Virus record (IMG/VR): IMGVR_UViG_3300009790_000004
Location: 32,001-96,000 of that record
Direction: 5' to 3' (one strand)
DNA length: 64,000 nt
Source of the DNA: a virus
Shown: positions 37,437-45,322 of the stretch, in pieces
How the letters are laid out: each line of letters opens with the position of its first letter
How positions within the stretch are numbered: position 1 is the first letter of the stretch
Position numbers and translations under genes: made by a program
Notes under the pieces: model-generated
Database searches by the model: none
The model's input: only the letters and a program-made list of their open reading frames with translations
Told to the model about the DNA's origin: nothing

Positions 37437-37634
37437 ATGAATGTACCAAATTGGCAACACCACAGTAAAAAAGAACAGAAAAGGACTTTAAGACCACAGG
37501 CACTAAGAAGTGCCAAGGCAAGAGTCAAACAGTTTAAGAAGTGTCACATGACCCCTTACAAAAACACTTGTAAGGGGTTATACTATGTAAGTACACAACA
37601 AAAGGTGATTAATGCCAAACACTCCACCCATTGA
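37437..37634 (+). CDS. Small basic cyanophage protein
   Basis: MNVPNWQHHSKKEQKRTLRPQALR; AGGAGG ribosome-binding site. Confidence 0.55.
   Translation: MNVPNWQHHSKKEQKRTLRPQALRSAKARVKQFKKCHMTPYKNTCKGLYYVSTQQKVINAKHSTH
37528..37584 (+). promoter_or_regulatory. Palindrome + hairpin + -10 cassette, copy 5
   Basis: AACAGT-ttaaga-AGTGTC (37528-45), hairpin ACCCCTTACA/TGTAAGGGGT, TATACT (37579-84). Confidence 0.7.
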
Positions 37635-37986
37635 GTTAGATCAACGAGGTGTTAGAACTGCCCCAACTGATGTCAAAGCACAACAAGCGGATGTTCTTAA
37701 TTATACCAAGTTTCTAACACAAATACTTGAGCAACATTACATTCAACAGTATCCAAATTCAGGCAACAAGTTAACATTTACTATTGAAACTGGTAGAAGA
37801 TATTTAAAGATAATTCAAGACAATTCAGTACACGCATTTGTTGATAAAACTACAGGTGATGTATACAAACCAGCAGGTTGGAAATCACCAGCAAAGATAG
37901 TAAGATATAATTTATTAGATGAACAATCACGCATTAAGTGTTATCAATGTGCTGATTGGGCAGGTGGTTATCTATATTTAAGATAG
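37612..37986 (+). CDS. Conserved phage hypothetical protein
   Basis: GRRYLKII..SVHAFVD..TGDVYKPAGWKSPAK..RYNL...ADWAGGYLY. Confidence 0.7.
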   Translation: MPNTPPIELDQRGVRTAPTDVKAQQADVLNYTKFLTQILEQHYIQQYPNSGNKLTFTIETGRRYLKIIQDNSVHAFVDKTTGDVYKPAGWKSPAKIVRYNLLDEQSRIKCYQCADWAGGYLYLR

Positions 37987-37998
37987 GGGGATTATAAT

Positions 37999-38184
37999 AT
38001 GTCAGCATTTAATCAACTTGATTTGTTATCAGATTGTTTAGAAGATTTCTGCACTAAGTACAACTTAGAGTTTATGAGTGCAGATGATATTTTATACGGT
38101 GATTCTGATGGTAAATTAACAAGTTACCAGAGAGATTGGTTGAGAAACTATATCTCAGTCTGGGACACTATTGTAAACCTATGA
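37999..38184 (+). CDS. Small acidic early protein
   Basis: ORF track; GGGG ribosome-binding site. Confidence 0.55.
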   Translation: MSAFNQLDLLSDCLEDFCTKYNLEFMSADDILYGDSDGKLTSYQRDWLRNYISVWDTIVNL

Positions 38185-38194
38185 GGATTTAATC

Positions 38195-38422
38195 ATGTAT
38201 CAAAGTGAATTTTTTGGAAGACATTTCTGGGTTGATGATGATTTAGAGTTGAAATCTGCACCGTCATATATTGATGGTACTGCTGATTTTGAACTCGAAG
38301 ATTATGTTTCAAACTGGGAAGATTGGGAGGGAGTTAATGTTAGTTTACTCTTAGACATTTACAAGTGTGAAATATTAAATAAGAAAGATTATTCAGGTTC
38401 ATTATCACACAAAGGAGCGTAA
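38195..38422 (+). CDS. Small acidic early protein
   Basis: ORF track; GAGG ribosome-binding site. Confidence 0.55.
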   Translation: MYQSEFFGRHFWVDDDLELKSAPSYIDGTADFELEDYVSNWEDWEGVNVSLLLDIYKCEILNKKDYSGSLSHKGA

Positions 38423-38428
38423 CTAACA

Positions 38429-38647
38429 ATGAACGGACTCAAATCAACACCAGCACAGTTACAAAGAAGGAAGGAAGTTGTTAGAGATTTGTATGAAATA
38501 GTGAAGGAAGAATTTGAGGAGTATAAACTTAGAGATGAGAATGATTCACTCTTAGGTTATATTTTAGATGAATACATTTACAAATGTACTGAACTCGAAA
38601 TTAATGAACTTGAGGACATTATTGTTAATCATTATGGGATAGATTAA
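38429..38647 (+). CDS. Small acidic early protein
   Basis: ORF track; AGGAG ribosome-binding site. Confidence 0.55.
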   Translation: MNGLKSTPAQLQRRKEVVRDLYEIVKEEFEEYKLRDENDSLLGYILDEYIYKCTELEINELEDIIVNHYGID

Positions 38648-38835
38648 TGGCACTAAAAGTATGTAAAGACCTTAGAAAATTGATGAAAAAGTATAATTAC
38701 AAACTCGAAAGAGTCGGTAAACATTATACTTGGCATGGTCAAAATGGTGCTATAATAGTAACATCTAAGACTCCAGGAAAAGCACGATATTTAAAAGAAA
38801 TAGAGTGCAACATTCGCAAACAAATCAATGACTAA
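38647..38835 (+). CDS. HicA-like protein (dsRBD fold)
   Basis: LRKLMKKYNYKLERVGKHYTWHGQNGAIIVTSKTP matches the HicA R..GxH pattern. Confidence 0.5.
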   Translation: MALKVCKDLRKLMKKYNYKLERVGKHYTWHGQNGAIIVTSKTPGKARYLKEIECNIRKQIND

Positions 38836-38989
38836 TGTGAACAAATACACTCGTGCTGGTGTTAATGGGAAGCAAATAGTTTGCCCACTATGTAACAACG
38901 AAGCACGAGTATTTCACTTCTCTTGGAGTGCATTAACCTGCCAAACTTGCAGGTCTTCAGTAAACAAAACATCATGGAGATTAGCATGA
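38828..38989 (+). CDS. Small zinc-ribbon protein (absent from the ORF track)
   Basis: YTRAG..GKQIVCPLC....VFHFSWSALTCQTC. Confidence 0.65.
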   Translation: MTNVNKYTRAGVNGKQIVCPLCNNEARVFHFSWSALTCQTCRSSVNKTSWRLA

Positions 38990-39225
38990 CTATCTATCAA
39001 CAATCAGCAAATCCTAATGCCACTAATAGTGAATTAGATGCGAAAGTTATCATAGAACATGATAACGAAGTAGGACACATGACCTACCTTGATTTACTAA
39101 CAGAATTACAATCTTTAGATGAAGATGTACTGTTAGAACCAGTTACAGTTTATGATAGTCTAGATCAGGTATTTCTGCCAGTTGGTAGAATAATTAGTAA
39201 CAAATCTACATATTTGGAGGTATAG
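38986..39225 (+). CDS. Small hypothetical protein
   Basis: Likely start MTIYQQSANPN via an ATGA overlap. Confidence 0.5.
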   Translation: MTIYQQSANPNATNSELDAKVIIEHDNEVGHMTYLDLLTELQSLDEDVLLEPVTVYDSLDQVFLPVGRIISNKSTYLEV

Positions 39226-39226
39226 T

Positions 39227-39286
39227 GACAGTTACACAAGTTGCACACAATAGGATGACAAATAGCATGTTTTCAATTATTATAAT
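39227..39286 (+). promoter_or_regulatory. Palindrome + -10 cassette, copy 6
   Basis: gtGACAGT-tacaca-AGTTGCac (39227-44); TATTATAAT at 39278-86. Confidence 0.6.
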
Positions 39287-39301
39287 AGAGGTTAAATAGT
39301 T

Positions 39302-39487
39302 ATGTCGTTTCTTTCATCTCAAACTCAAATGTCTAATGACACTTTAAGATCACAATTTGTCGAAATAAATCATCATCAAGCAGACTTATTGCTTTGGTGT
39401 TATGAACAAATGGCAATAGACTTGAGTGATAACGAAATGGCAGAATTGCAACCATTAATTACACAATTGGAGGAAATTGCCAACTAA
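39302..39487 (+). CDS. Small hypothetical protein
   Basis: ORF track; downstream of cassette 6. Confidence 0.5.
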   Translation: MSFLSSQTQMSNDTLRSQFVEINHHQADLLLWCYEQMAIDLSDNEMAELQPLITQLEEIAN

Positions 39488-39563
39488 TGACATCATTTAT
39501 TGTATGGGTATGTATCAGCATACTTTTATACATTGCAATCAAAAACTTTGGAGGTTATGGTAG

Positions 39564-39839
39564 ATGACTCAACTCAATTCTTCTCAGAAAGATGAACTAA
39601 TTGAACAATATGTTGACCTCTTAGTTGATAGTATGAGCATGAAAGATTTAATCTCTTATGTATCAGAAGATCTAACTAATTTCTGTGAGAAACTAACAGA
39701 TAGTGAATTAAAAGATGAAATTAGTTTAACACTAGATGATGAAATATATGATGAGTTAGTTGATAATGTAACCTCAGAGATTACCGTTGTTAATTATAAT
39801 TCAGTACATGACCAAATTCACAAGGAGGCAGTCACTTGA
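39564..39839 (+). CDS. Small, highly acidic helical protein
   Basis: D/E-rich; GGAGG ribosome-binding site. Confidence 0.6.
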   Translation: MTQLNSSQKDELIEQYVDLLVDSMSMKDLISYVSEDLTNFCEKLTDSELKDEISLTLDDEIYDELVDNVTSEITVVNYNSVHDQIHKEAVT

Positions 39840-39887
39840 CAAACTGGCACAAGATCGCTTGATTTTTGCCCTATTCTGTGTCATACT
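39831..39887 (+). promoter_or_regulatory. Palindrome + promoter cassette, copy 7 (predicted leaderless transcript)
   Basis: GTCACT-tgacaa-ACTGGC (39831-48); TTGATT-17-CATACT (39882-87); ATG at 39894. Confidence 0.65.
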
Positions 39888-39893
39888 ATAGGT

Positions 39894-40208
39894 ATGAATA
39901 ATTCAATTACTAAATCTCTTTTTTCACAGTCCATCAACCTATGTGACGATTACCTAGGTTTTGAGTGGTCTTTAGGTGTCCGCACCTCTATGTTTGACTC
40001 TTACCGTAGATCAAACGATCTAGATCCAAATCTAGCAATCTATCACTACGGTGGCGATACTTTCAAAGTTCGTACTATGATTTATGACGATTCAAAAGGT
40101 TGTATCGTTGGAGATCAGGTTGATCTCGGTTCTTTTGATAACATTTATGATGCACAAGATTGTGCTGAAGATTATCTAAAAGATCTACTATTAGACCTCG
40201 GAGTTTAA
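39894..40208 (+). CDS. Hypothetical early protein
   Basis: ORF track. Confidence 0.6.
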   Translation: MNNSITKSLFSQSINLCDDYLGFEWSLGVRTSMFDSYRRSNDLDPNLAIYHYGGDTFKVRTMIYDDSKGCIVGDQVDLGSFDNIYDAQDCAEDYLKDLLLDLGV

Positions 40209-40210
40209 CA

Positions 40211-40339
40211 ATGAGCACTCTACATCATGAATCAATTCTTGAAACTTTGTTTGAAGAAGTACTCGAAGAGTTTCCAACATTTAGTGAGGAACAATGCGAG
40301 ACTATTGCTAAACGAAGATTTGAAGATATGTGTCAATAA
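40211..40339 (+). CDS. Small acidic protein (42 aa)
   Basis: MSTLHHESILETLFEEVLEEFPTFSEEQCETIAKRRFEDMCQ. Confidence 0.55.
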   Translation: MSTLHHESILETLFEEVLEEFPTFSEEQCETIAKRRFEDMCQ

Positions 40340-40408
40340 TTGATACAAACTCTTAGTCCTTAAGTATGACTCTAAACTGCTTAAAATGCCAAATCCTAAT
40401 TAACACAA

Positions 40409-40525
40409 ATGACTCTACAATCTGTTCCTTTCGCTAACATTGACATTGAATCATTCTTTTATGATTGTAAAACAGGCAACGAAGTCTTAGCAGTATTGCA
40501 AGAACTCGTTGAGAGTGCAGAGTAA
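40409..40525 (+). CDS. Small acidic protein (38 aa)
   Basis: MTLQSVPFANIDIESFFYDCKTGNEVLAVLQELVESAE. Confidence 0.45.
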   Translation: MTLQSVPFANIDIESFFYDCKTGNEVLAVLQELVESAE

Positions 40526-40526
40526 G

Positions 40527-40585
40527 ACCAGTCAACAAAGTGTCACATCAAACCCCCATTAGGGGGTTTTTTCATGTATTATAAT
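40527..40585 (+). promoter_or_regulatory. Palindrome + terminator + -10 cassette, copy 8
   Basis: ACCAGT-caacaa-AGTGTC (40527-44), terminator hairpin, TATTATAAT at 40577-85; near-copy of cassette 3. Confidence 0.75.
40550..40572 (+). terminator. Rho-independent terminator
   Basis: AAACCCCC-atta-GGGGGTTT followed by a T run. Confidence 0.8.
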
Positions 40586-40607
40586 AGAGTAGTCAACCAA
40601 ACAACCT

Positions 40608-40955
40608 ATGAGAAAACTTGAAAAGCAAATGAATTTCGCTCTTTCCAACAAGTCAAACTGGGCAGGATCTAACACTTCAGTTAGTTACAACGAAAACACA
40701 AATTGCTCTTCTGTTTATCTACATGGTCATCAAATTGCTACTCTAGATCATAACACAAATGCTGTCAAATTGTCATCATGTGGTTATGAAACAGTAACGA
40801 CAAAATCACGACTAAATGCTATTTTAGACGAGGTTAAGTACGGTTGCAGAGTATTTCAAAAGAAATTTGAGTGGTTCGTTAGTTATAACGGACAAACTGA
40901 AGATTTCGTTGATGGTATGATCTTAGTAGATGCAGATTCTCTACAAATTGCATAA
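40608..40955 (+). CDS. Conserved phage hypothetical protein
   Basis: VYLHGHQIA...GYETVTTKSRLNA...VFQKKFEWFV. Confidence 0.7.
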   Translation: MRKLEKQMNFALSNKSNWAGSNTSVSYNENTNCSSVYLHGHQIATLDHNTNAVKLSSCGYETVTTKSRLNAILDEVKYGCRVFQKKFEWFVSYNGQTEDFVDGMILVDADSLQIA

Positions 40956-40964
40956 AACTACAAT

Positions 40965-40995
40965 ACGATTACACCTCAAAAGTGTAATCGTTTTT
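40965..40995 (+). terminator. Rho-independent terminator
   Basis: ACGATTACAC-ctcaaaa-GTGTAATCGT followed by TTTT, just after the 40955 stop. Confidence 0.7.
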
Positions 40996-41168
40996 ATTAT
41001 GATTTCACTCTCTATGTTATTTTCTTTCTTTTCCAATCATGCAGACAAATTCTCAACAAGTGCCACCCCCAAACAAACACAAAGGGAGACCACTTTCAGA
41101 GATAAAATGAATACTTATTCATCTAATCTGTATCAAGAACTATTCACTTATCAGGAGAACTTCCCACT

Positions 41169-41396
41169 ATGAACAAACAATTAATGGCACAATTAGAAAG
41201 AGACATTGCATATTGCATTGATATTCTCGAACTAACTAACAATCAAATTGGTGATTTGCTTCGTGCTTGTGAAGAGTTAGGAGGCATATCTGTAGAGTAT
41301 TTCTGTGAAGAATTCATCTTTGAATGTGAAGATAAAGATGAACTTAACAGACTACATGATGATGACTATTTAACAATTAACTGGGGGTTATCCTAA
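41169..41396 (+). CDS. Small acidic protein
   Basis: ORF track; AGGAG ribosome-binding site. Confidence 0.55.
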   Translation: MNKQLMAQLERDIAYCIDILELTNNQIGDLLRACEELGGISVEYFCEEFIFECEDKDELNRLHDDDYLTINWGLS

Positions 41397-41635
41397 TGGT
41401 TTATGTGTTATTTTGGTCTTACAATGTGTTCGCTTGGTTAACAATGATCTACCTACAATCAACCAAGACAAAACAACAACCTATTATGGAGATTAAATGA
41501 TGTTCGTTGTATTCAAATCACCAGTATTCTTCACTAAAAGTTATAATGAAGCATGTCAAATTGCCGATGCTCATTATCAACAAACTGGTGAAATCGTGGC
41601 AGTTGAAAATGTAAACCAAGAAGGAGGATTTTATT

Positions 41636-41875
41636 ATGGAAATAACAAGTAAGGACGGCAATATGGTCGTTGATTTCTATCCTGTTAAAACATGGGATAA
41701 CAAATTGATAAGCAATCGTATGCTTAAAGTATTATCATTCAGAGGTGATAAGCAGAAGAAAATGTTAATATCTCGTGATGAGTTTTATTATCAAGTAAGA
41801 GAGTATATTAAGGACTGTGGTTATAAAGTAACCTCAGAGTATATGCCCGCCCAATTTATCACACAGGAGGACTAA
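41636..41875 (+). CDS. Small hypothetical protein
   Basis: AGGAGG ribosome-binding site. Confidence 0.6.
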   Translation: MEITSKDGNMVVDFYPVKTWDNKLISNRMLKVLSFRGDKQKKMLISRDEFYYQVREYIKDCGYKVTSEYMPAQFITQED

Positions 41876-41877
41876 TC

Positions 41878-42192
41878 ATGCCAAGAAAGAGTACAAAACT
41901 GTCTATTGCTAAGTTGCAAGAAGGCATCACAATGTTCAATGGAGTTAGTGCTATTTTAGAGGTCGTATTTGACAACAATTTCAATCAATATTCAGTGGTT
42001 AATTTCATCACTAAATATGAAGATGAGTTGGGAATATCACTCATAGAAGATAAAGAATATACAGAACAATTTGACGGTTGGTTGTTACATTGTGAAGCAA
42101 GTTCAAGAAAGGAAATTACAAGAATATGTGGTATAATAGAGGAGGATATTGATATTGAGGAGTGTAATGTAGTAAGAGTAAGTAACAACTAA
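41878..42192 (+). CDS. Small hypothetical protein
   Basis: GGAGG ribosome-binding site. Confidence 0.55.
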   Translation: MPRKSTKLSIAKLQEGITMFNGVSAILEVVFDNNFNQYSVVNFITKYEDELGISLIEDKEYTEQFDGWLLHCEASSRKEITRICGIIEEDIDIEECNVVRVSNN

Positions 42193-42229
42193 TCATGAGC
42201 GATTTCGCCCCTAAAAATAACACAATCTA

Positions 42230-42442
42230 ATGGACAATCAACTCTACAATGTACAACTTAGTCATGCACAGTTGTCATTACTTAAGGTGCTAATCATCAA
42301 TTATAAGAGTGCATGGACAAAAGATAATGCAACTCTTCCTTCACACATAGTGGATTTATTAGACTCTACTGATTATCAATTACAATGCAACAATTCACAC
42401 GAGGTCAAAGAGTCAAACTCCCCGACAATCTCGAAGGAATAG
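42230..42442 (+). CDS. Small hypothetical protein
   Basis: ORF track. Confidence 0.4.
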   Translation: MDNQLYNVQLSHAQLSLLKVLIINYKSAWTKDNATLPSHIVDLLDSTDYQLQCNNSHEVKESNSPTISKE

Positions 42443-42642
42443 TTGAATTTATCTGTGACGATTACATCACAGTTTGTATTAGTCTAAGAAAGAATGATTG
42501 CCCCCATTCTTTACATGAATTCACTAAATGTTGTCTCTTAGTTTATCCTAAAGAGCAAGAACAGTTAGTGTTAGTTAGTGACGAAATTACATACGCTGAT
42601 ATGTACAAAGCACAAGAGAATAGGTACAGTGATATACAATAA
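42385..42642 (+). CDS. Small SH3/KOW-like protein
   Basis: FTRGQRVKL....GIVEFICDDYITVC. Confidence 0.55.
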   Translation: MQQFTRGQRVKLPDNLEGIVEFICDDYITVCISLRKNDCPHSLHEFTKCCLLVYPKEQEQLVLVSDEITYADMYKAQENRYSDIQ

Positions 42643-42840
42643 CCTAAGTGCTAATTACACCTCTCTGGATGTCATATAAGGGGCATACATGAGGGGTTAG
42701 TTAGTGTATGCGGAAAGTTATTAAATACCTTTATAAATGTATATCTGTGTTTTATTCTTCGAGTGATAAATGTTATTAACTGTGTGATTACTATGTGTTA
42801 ATTAGCGTTATAAATGTGCGGAGTAAGTGTCACCTAAGCG

Positions 42841-42869
42841 AGCGTAACATGGAGTCGAGTTATTGTCAA
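42841..42869 (-). promoter_or_regulatory. Leftward sigma70-type promoter reading into non-coding DNA
   Basis: Minus strand TTGACA-17 nt-(TGt)TACGCT. Confidence 0.6.
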
Positions 42870-42921
42870 CATACAGGTCACAATATCCTGACAGTTCTTA
42901 TAAACAATTCAGAGGCAATCA

Positions 42922-42950
42922 TTGACACCTGACTATCATCATGCTATAAT
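42922..42950 (+). promoter_or_regulatory. Consensus sigma70-type promoter
   Basis: TTGACA-17 nt-(TGc)TATAAT. Confidence 0.85.
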
Positions 42951-42981
42951 ACAGATAATAACACTGAAGGACTGCAATCAC

Positions 42982-43152
42982 ATGTCAGATTCTTATCATC
43001 ATGGTATGGAAGATTGGCACTGCTCGATGATACATAGCGAGCACACAGTTACTAACAACAATTATGATGAATATGATGACCTTGATTGTTACTCACGCCC
43101 AGATAGATTAGAGGCACTATGTAACAAGCATTATGCATATTACACTCACTAA
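42982..43152 (+). CDS. Small His/Asp-rich ORF
   Basis: MSDSYHHGMEDWHCSMIH..., downstream of the 42922 promoter with AAGGA upstream. Confidence 0.4.
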   Translation: MSDSYHHGMEDWHCSMIHSEHTVTNNNYDEYDDLDCYSRPDRLEALCNKHYAYYTH

Positions 43153-43321
43153 TTAACACTAATTGACAGTATGTTCGCCCTTATGTTATATCGTGGTGTG
43201 GCGTGATGCGGTTTAAATCGAAGGAACCTTTGTAAGCTATAAACGACCCAGATCGACCTTGCTATATCTCTCTAGAAAAAAAATATCCAATATATAAAAA
43301 CGACACACAGGTTTCGTTTGA

Positions 43322-43498
43322 GTGAAAAAAAATACCCATAATATAAAAGTTGCTATTAGGTTCGACCCTGTAGAAGATAAACTTGTCTTAGATTTGCCTG
43401 AGAGCATATGCAACGACCTTGATTGGTATGAGGGTAGTACTATAACTATGTCCGTAGAGAGTGATGGTGTATTCCTCGAAGAAAAAGATGAGGATTGA
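43322..43498 (+). CDS. AbrB/MazE-like swapped-hairpin protein (absent from the ORF track)
   Basis: GTG start; LVLDLPESICNDLDWYEGSTITMSVESDGVFL fits the AbrB LP......L.W..G..I pattern. Confidence 0.6.
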   Translation: MKKNTHNIKVAIRFDPVEDKLVLDLPESICNDLDWYEGSTITMSVESDGVFLEEKDED

Positions 43499-43523
43499 CT
43501 ATCATACATAATACTGTTATAAT
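43495..43523 (+). promoter_or_regulatory. Sigma70-type promoter
   Basis: TTGACT-17 nt-(TGt)TATAAT, upstream of 43545. Confidence 0.8.
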
Positions 43524-43544
43524 AACTGAAGTACATTAATCATT

Positions 43545-44300
43545 ATGGCTAAAGGATTTACTGTAAAGGCGAAAACGCCGAAAAAGTCTGCTGAACCCGA
43601 ATGGGACTATGACGCAGCATGGGAGATGTTAAAAGGAAAGGCAATTGTATTCTGTATGCCTGGTCGTGGATGTTCCTTTCAGTTCTTAAAGAGTTTCGTA
43701 CAACTCTGTTTTGATTTGGTACAACATGGTGCAAGTATTCAGATATCGCAAGATTACTCTAGTATGGTTAACTTTGCTAGATGTAAGTGTCTTGGGGCAA
43801 ATGTATTAAGGGGACCAGAGCAAGTACCCTGGGACGGTAAGTTAAACTACGACTACCAACTATGGATTGATAGTGATATCGTCTATGGAACAGAGAAGTT
43901 CTTACAACTTGTTCTTATGGACAAGGATATTGCTGCTGGTTGGTACATGACAGAAGATGGTCGTACTACTAGTGTTGCTCATTGGTTAGATGAAGGCGAC
44001 TTCCGTAATAATGGTGGAGTCATGAATCACGAAACTGGTGAGACAATGACTAAGCGTAAGAAGCCATTTACTGTAGACTACACAGGTTTCGGATGGACAT
44101 TAATTAAGAAGGGTGTATTTGAACATCCAGAGATGAAGTATCCTTGGTTCGCTCCTAAGATGCAAGTCTTTGAATCAGGTGATGTTCAGGATATGTGTGG
44201 AGAAGATGTGAGTTTCTGTCTCGATGCTATAGAAGCAGGATTCGAGATATGGTGCGATCCTCGTGTCAGGGTTGGTCACGAGAAGATGAGAGTCATCTAA
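43545..44300 (+). CDS. GT-A fold glycosyltransferase-like protein
   Basis: VNFARC, LWIDSD (DxD), YTGFGWTLIKKGVFE, GEDVSFC, DPRVRVGHEK. Confidence 0.8.
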   Translation: MAKGFTVKAKTPKKSAEPEWDYDAAWEMLKGKAIVFCMPGRGCSFQFLKSFVQLCFDLVQHGASIQISQDYSSMVNFARCKCLGANVLRGPEQVPWDGKLNYDYQLWIDSDIVYGTEKFLQLVLMDKDIAAGWYMTEDGRTTSVAHWLDEGDFRNNGGVMNHETGETMTKRKKPFTVDYTGFGWTLIKKGVFEHPEMKYPWFAPKMQVFESGDVQDMCGEDVSFCLDAIEAGFEIWCDPRVRVGHEKMRVI

Positions 44301-44468
44301 ATGTCAAAGACAGTTTACACAATCTATATCAAGGGCGTTGAGAAACACACCGATATAAGTGAAACTGTATTTTTGGATCTAATGGGGGATTATGCTCAGG
44401 ATTTCTATGAGTGTGGTTCCCCAGATCCGTCTACAATATCATACACTATGAAGGAGCTCAATGGCTAA
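44301..44468 (+). CDS. Small hypothetical protein (55 aa)
   Basis: MSKTVYTIYIKGVEKH...AQDFYECGSPDP; manual translation. Confidence 0.55.
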   Translation: MSKTVYTIYIKGVEKHTDISETVFLDLMGDYAQDFYECGSPDPSTISYTMKELNG

Positions 44469-44604
44469 AGTATACACATCATTGTCTGGTAGTTTTATTG
44501 AATCTAAACCCAAAAAGACTCGACAAGGACAAGGAAAGAACTCAAAATTTTCTAGCACCGCCCGAAACGCTGCTCGGAAACAGTATAAGGGGCAGGGCAA
44601 ATGA
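44461..44604 (+). CDS. Small basic protein (47 aa)
   Basis: PKKTRQGQGKNSK...RKQYKGQGK; AAGGAG ribosome-binding site. Confidence 0.6.
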   Translation: MAKVYTSLSGSFIESKPKKTRQGQGKNSKFSSTARNAARKQYKGQGK

Positions 44605-44882
44605 GTCGTAAATTAGAGTTAATTAGTGACAACACTAAATGGGAAGACTATGCTCTCTCTGCATTAGACGATGCTATCTTTGATGTGATCAATTCGGAAG
44701 CATCTGAATACGACATATACAATACTATAATGAATAGTATTAGAGATAGGGGTAGGTATCATGAAGGTGCTTCTAATAGATGTCAAAAAGTACTTGATAT
44801 GCTAGAAGGAGAGCCTTTTAAAAGTGATCCGATAGCGGGAAAAGTGGATATGGGTGGACCTTATAATGACGAGTCTGCTTAA
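44601..44882 (+). CDS. Hypothetical protein
   Basis: ATGA-coupled ORF. Confidence 0.55.
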   Translation: MSRKLELISDNTKWEDYALSALDDAIFDVINSEASEYDIYNTIMNSIRDRGRYHEGASNRCQKVLDMLEGEPFKSDPIAGKVDMGGPYNDESA

Positions 44883-44887
44883 TCGGG

Positions 44888-44895
44888 TATAAATA
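44888..44895 (+). promoter_or_regulatory. T4 late promoter TATAAATA for gp25-gp6
   Basis: Exact consensus about 23 nt upstream of gp25. Confidence 0.8.
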
Positions 44896-44918
44896 ATCTC
44901 GATACCTAGAGCCAATGT

Positions 44919-45317
44919 ATGGCTGAGTCAAATTCCAAGGCATTTAAAGATATAGATCTTTCTTTTTTGCCACACCCTGTTTCTGGAGATGTGAGAGTCC
45001 TTAAAAATGAGGATGCGATAAAGAGAGCTGTAAGGAATTTGATTCAGACCATAGGTGGCGAAAGACCATTCTCGTCTAATCTTGGTACAGATGTGACTAG
45101 ATCACTATTTGATTTTGTTGATTATGGTACTGCAAGTGTCATAACTCAGCAAATTTTTGATGTTTTAAAGGGGTTTGAAGGTCGGATTGATAATACTGCA
45201 GTGAAGGTTGAACCTAGACCCAACGATAACACATTTGAAGTGTTTATTACATACGATATTATAGGTCAAGACTTCCCAAGTCAAGAATTTGACTTTATGT
45301 TGGAATCATCTAGGTAA
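44919..45317 (+). CDS. gp25: Baseplate wedge subunit gp25
   Basis: FKDIDLSF..HPVSGD, AIKRAVRNLIQTIGGERPF, FEGRI. Confidence 0.9.
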   Translation: MAESNSKAFKDIDLSFLPHPVSGDVRVLKNEDAIKRAVRNLIQTIGGERPFSSNLGTDVTRSLFDFVDYGTASVITQQIFDVLKGFEGRIDNTAVKVEPRPNDNTFEVFITYDIIGQDFPSQEFDFMLESSR

Positions 45318-45322
45318 TAAGA

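Noticed and set aside
28903-40585. Dispersed palindromes as CRISPR repeats, integron attC sites, or CRP/NtcA boxes
   Set aside because: Spacing is irregular and on the kb scale; no integrase or Cas gene in the window; the consensus differs from CRP and NtcA; the fixed distance to -10 boxes favours a promoter element
44411-44611. 66-aa GTG-start ORF from the track
   Set aside because: Two better-supported ORFs in other frames (44301-44468 and 44461-44604) cover this interval
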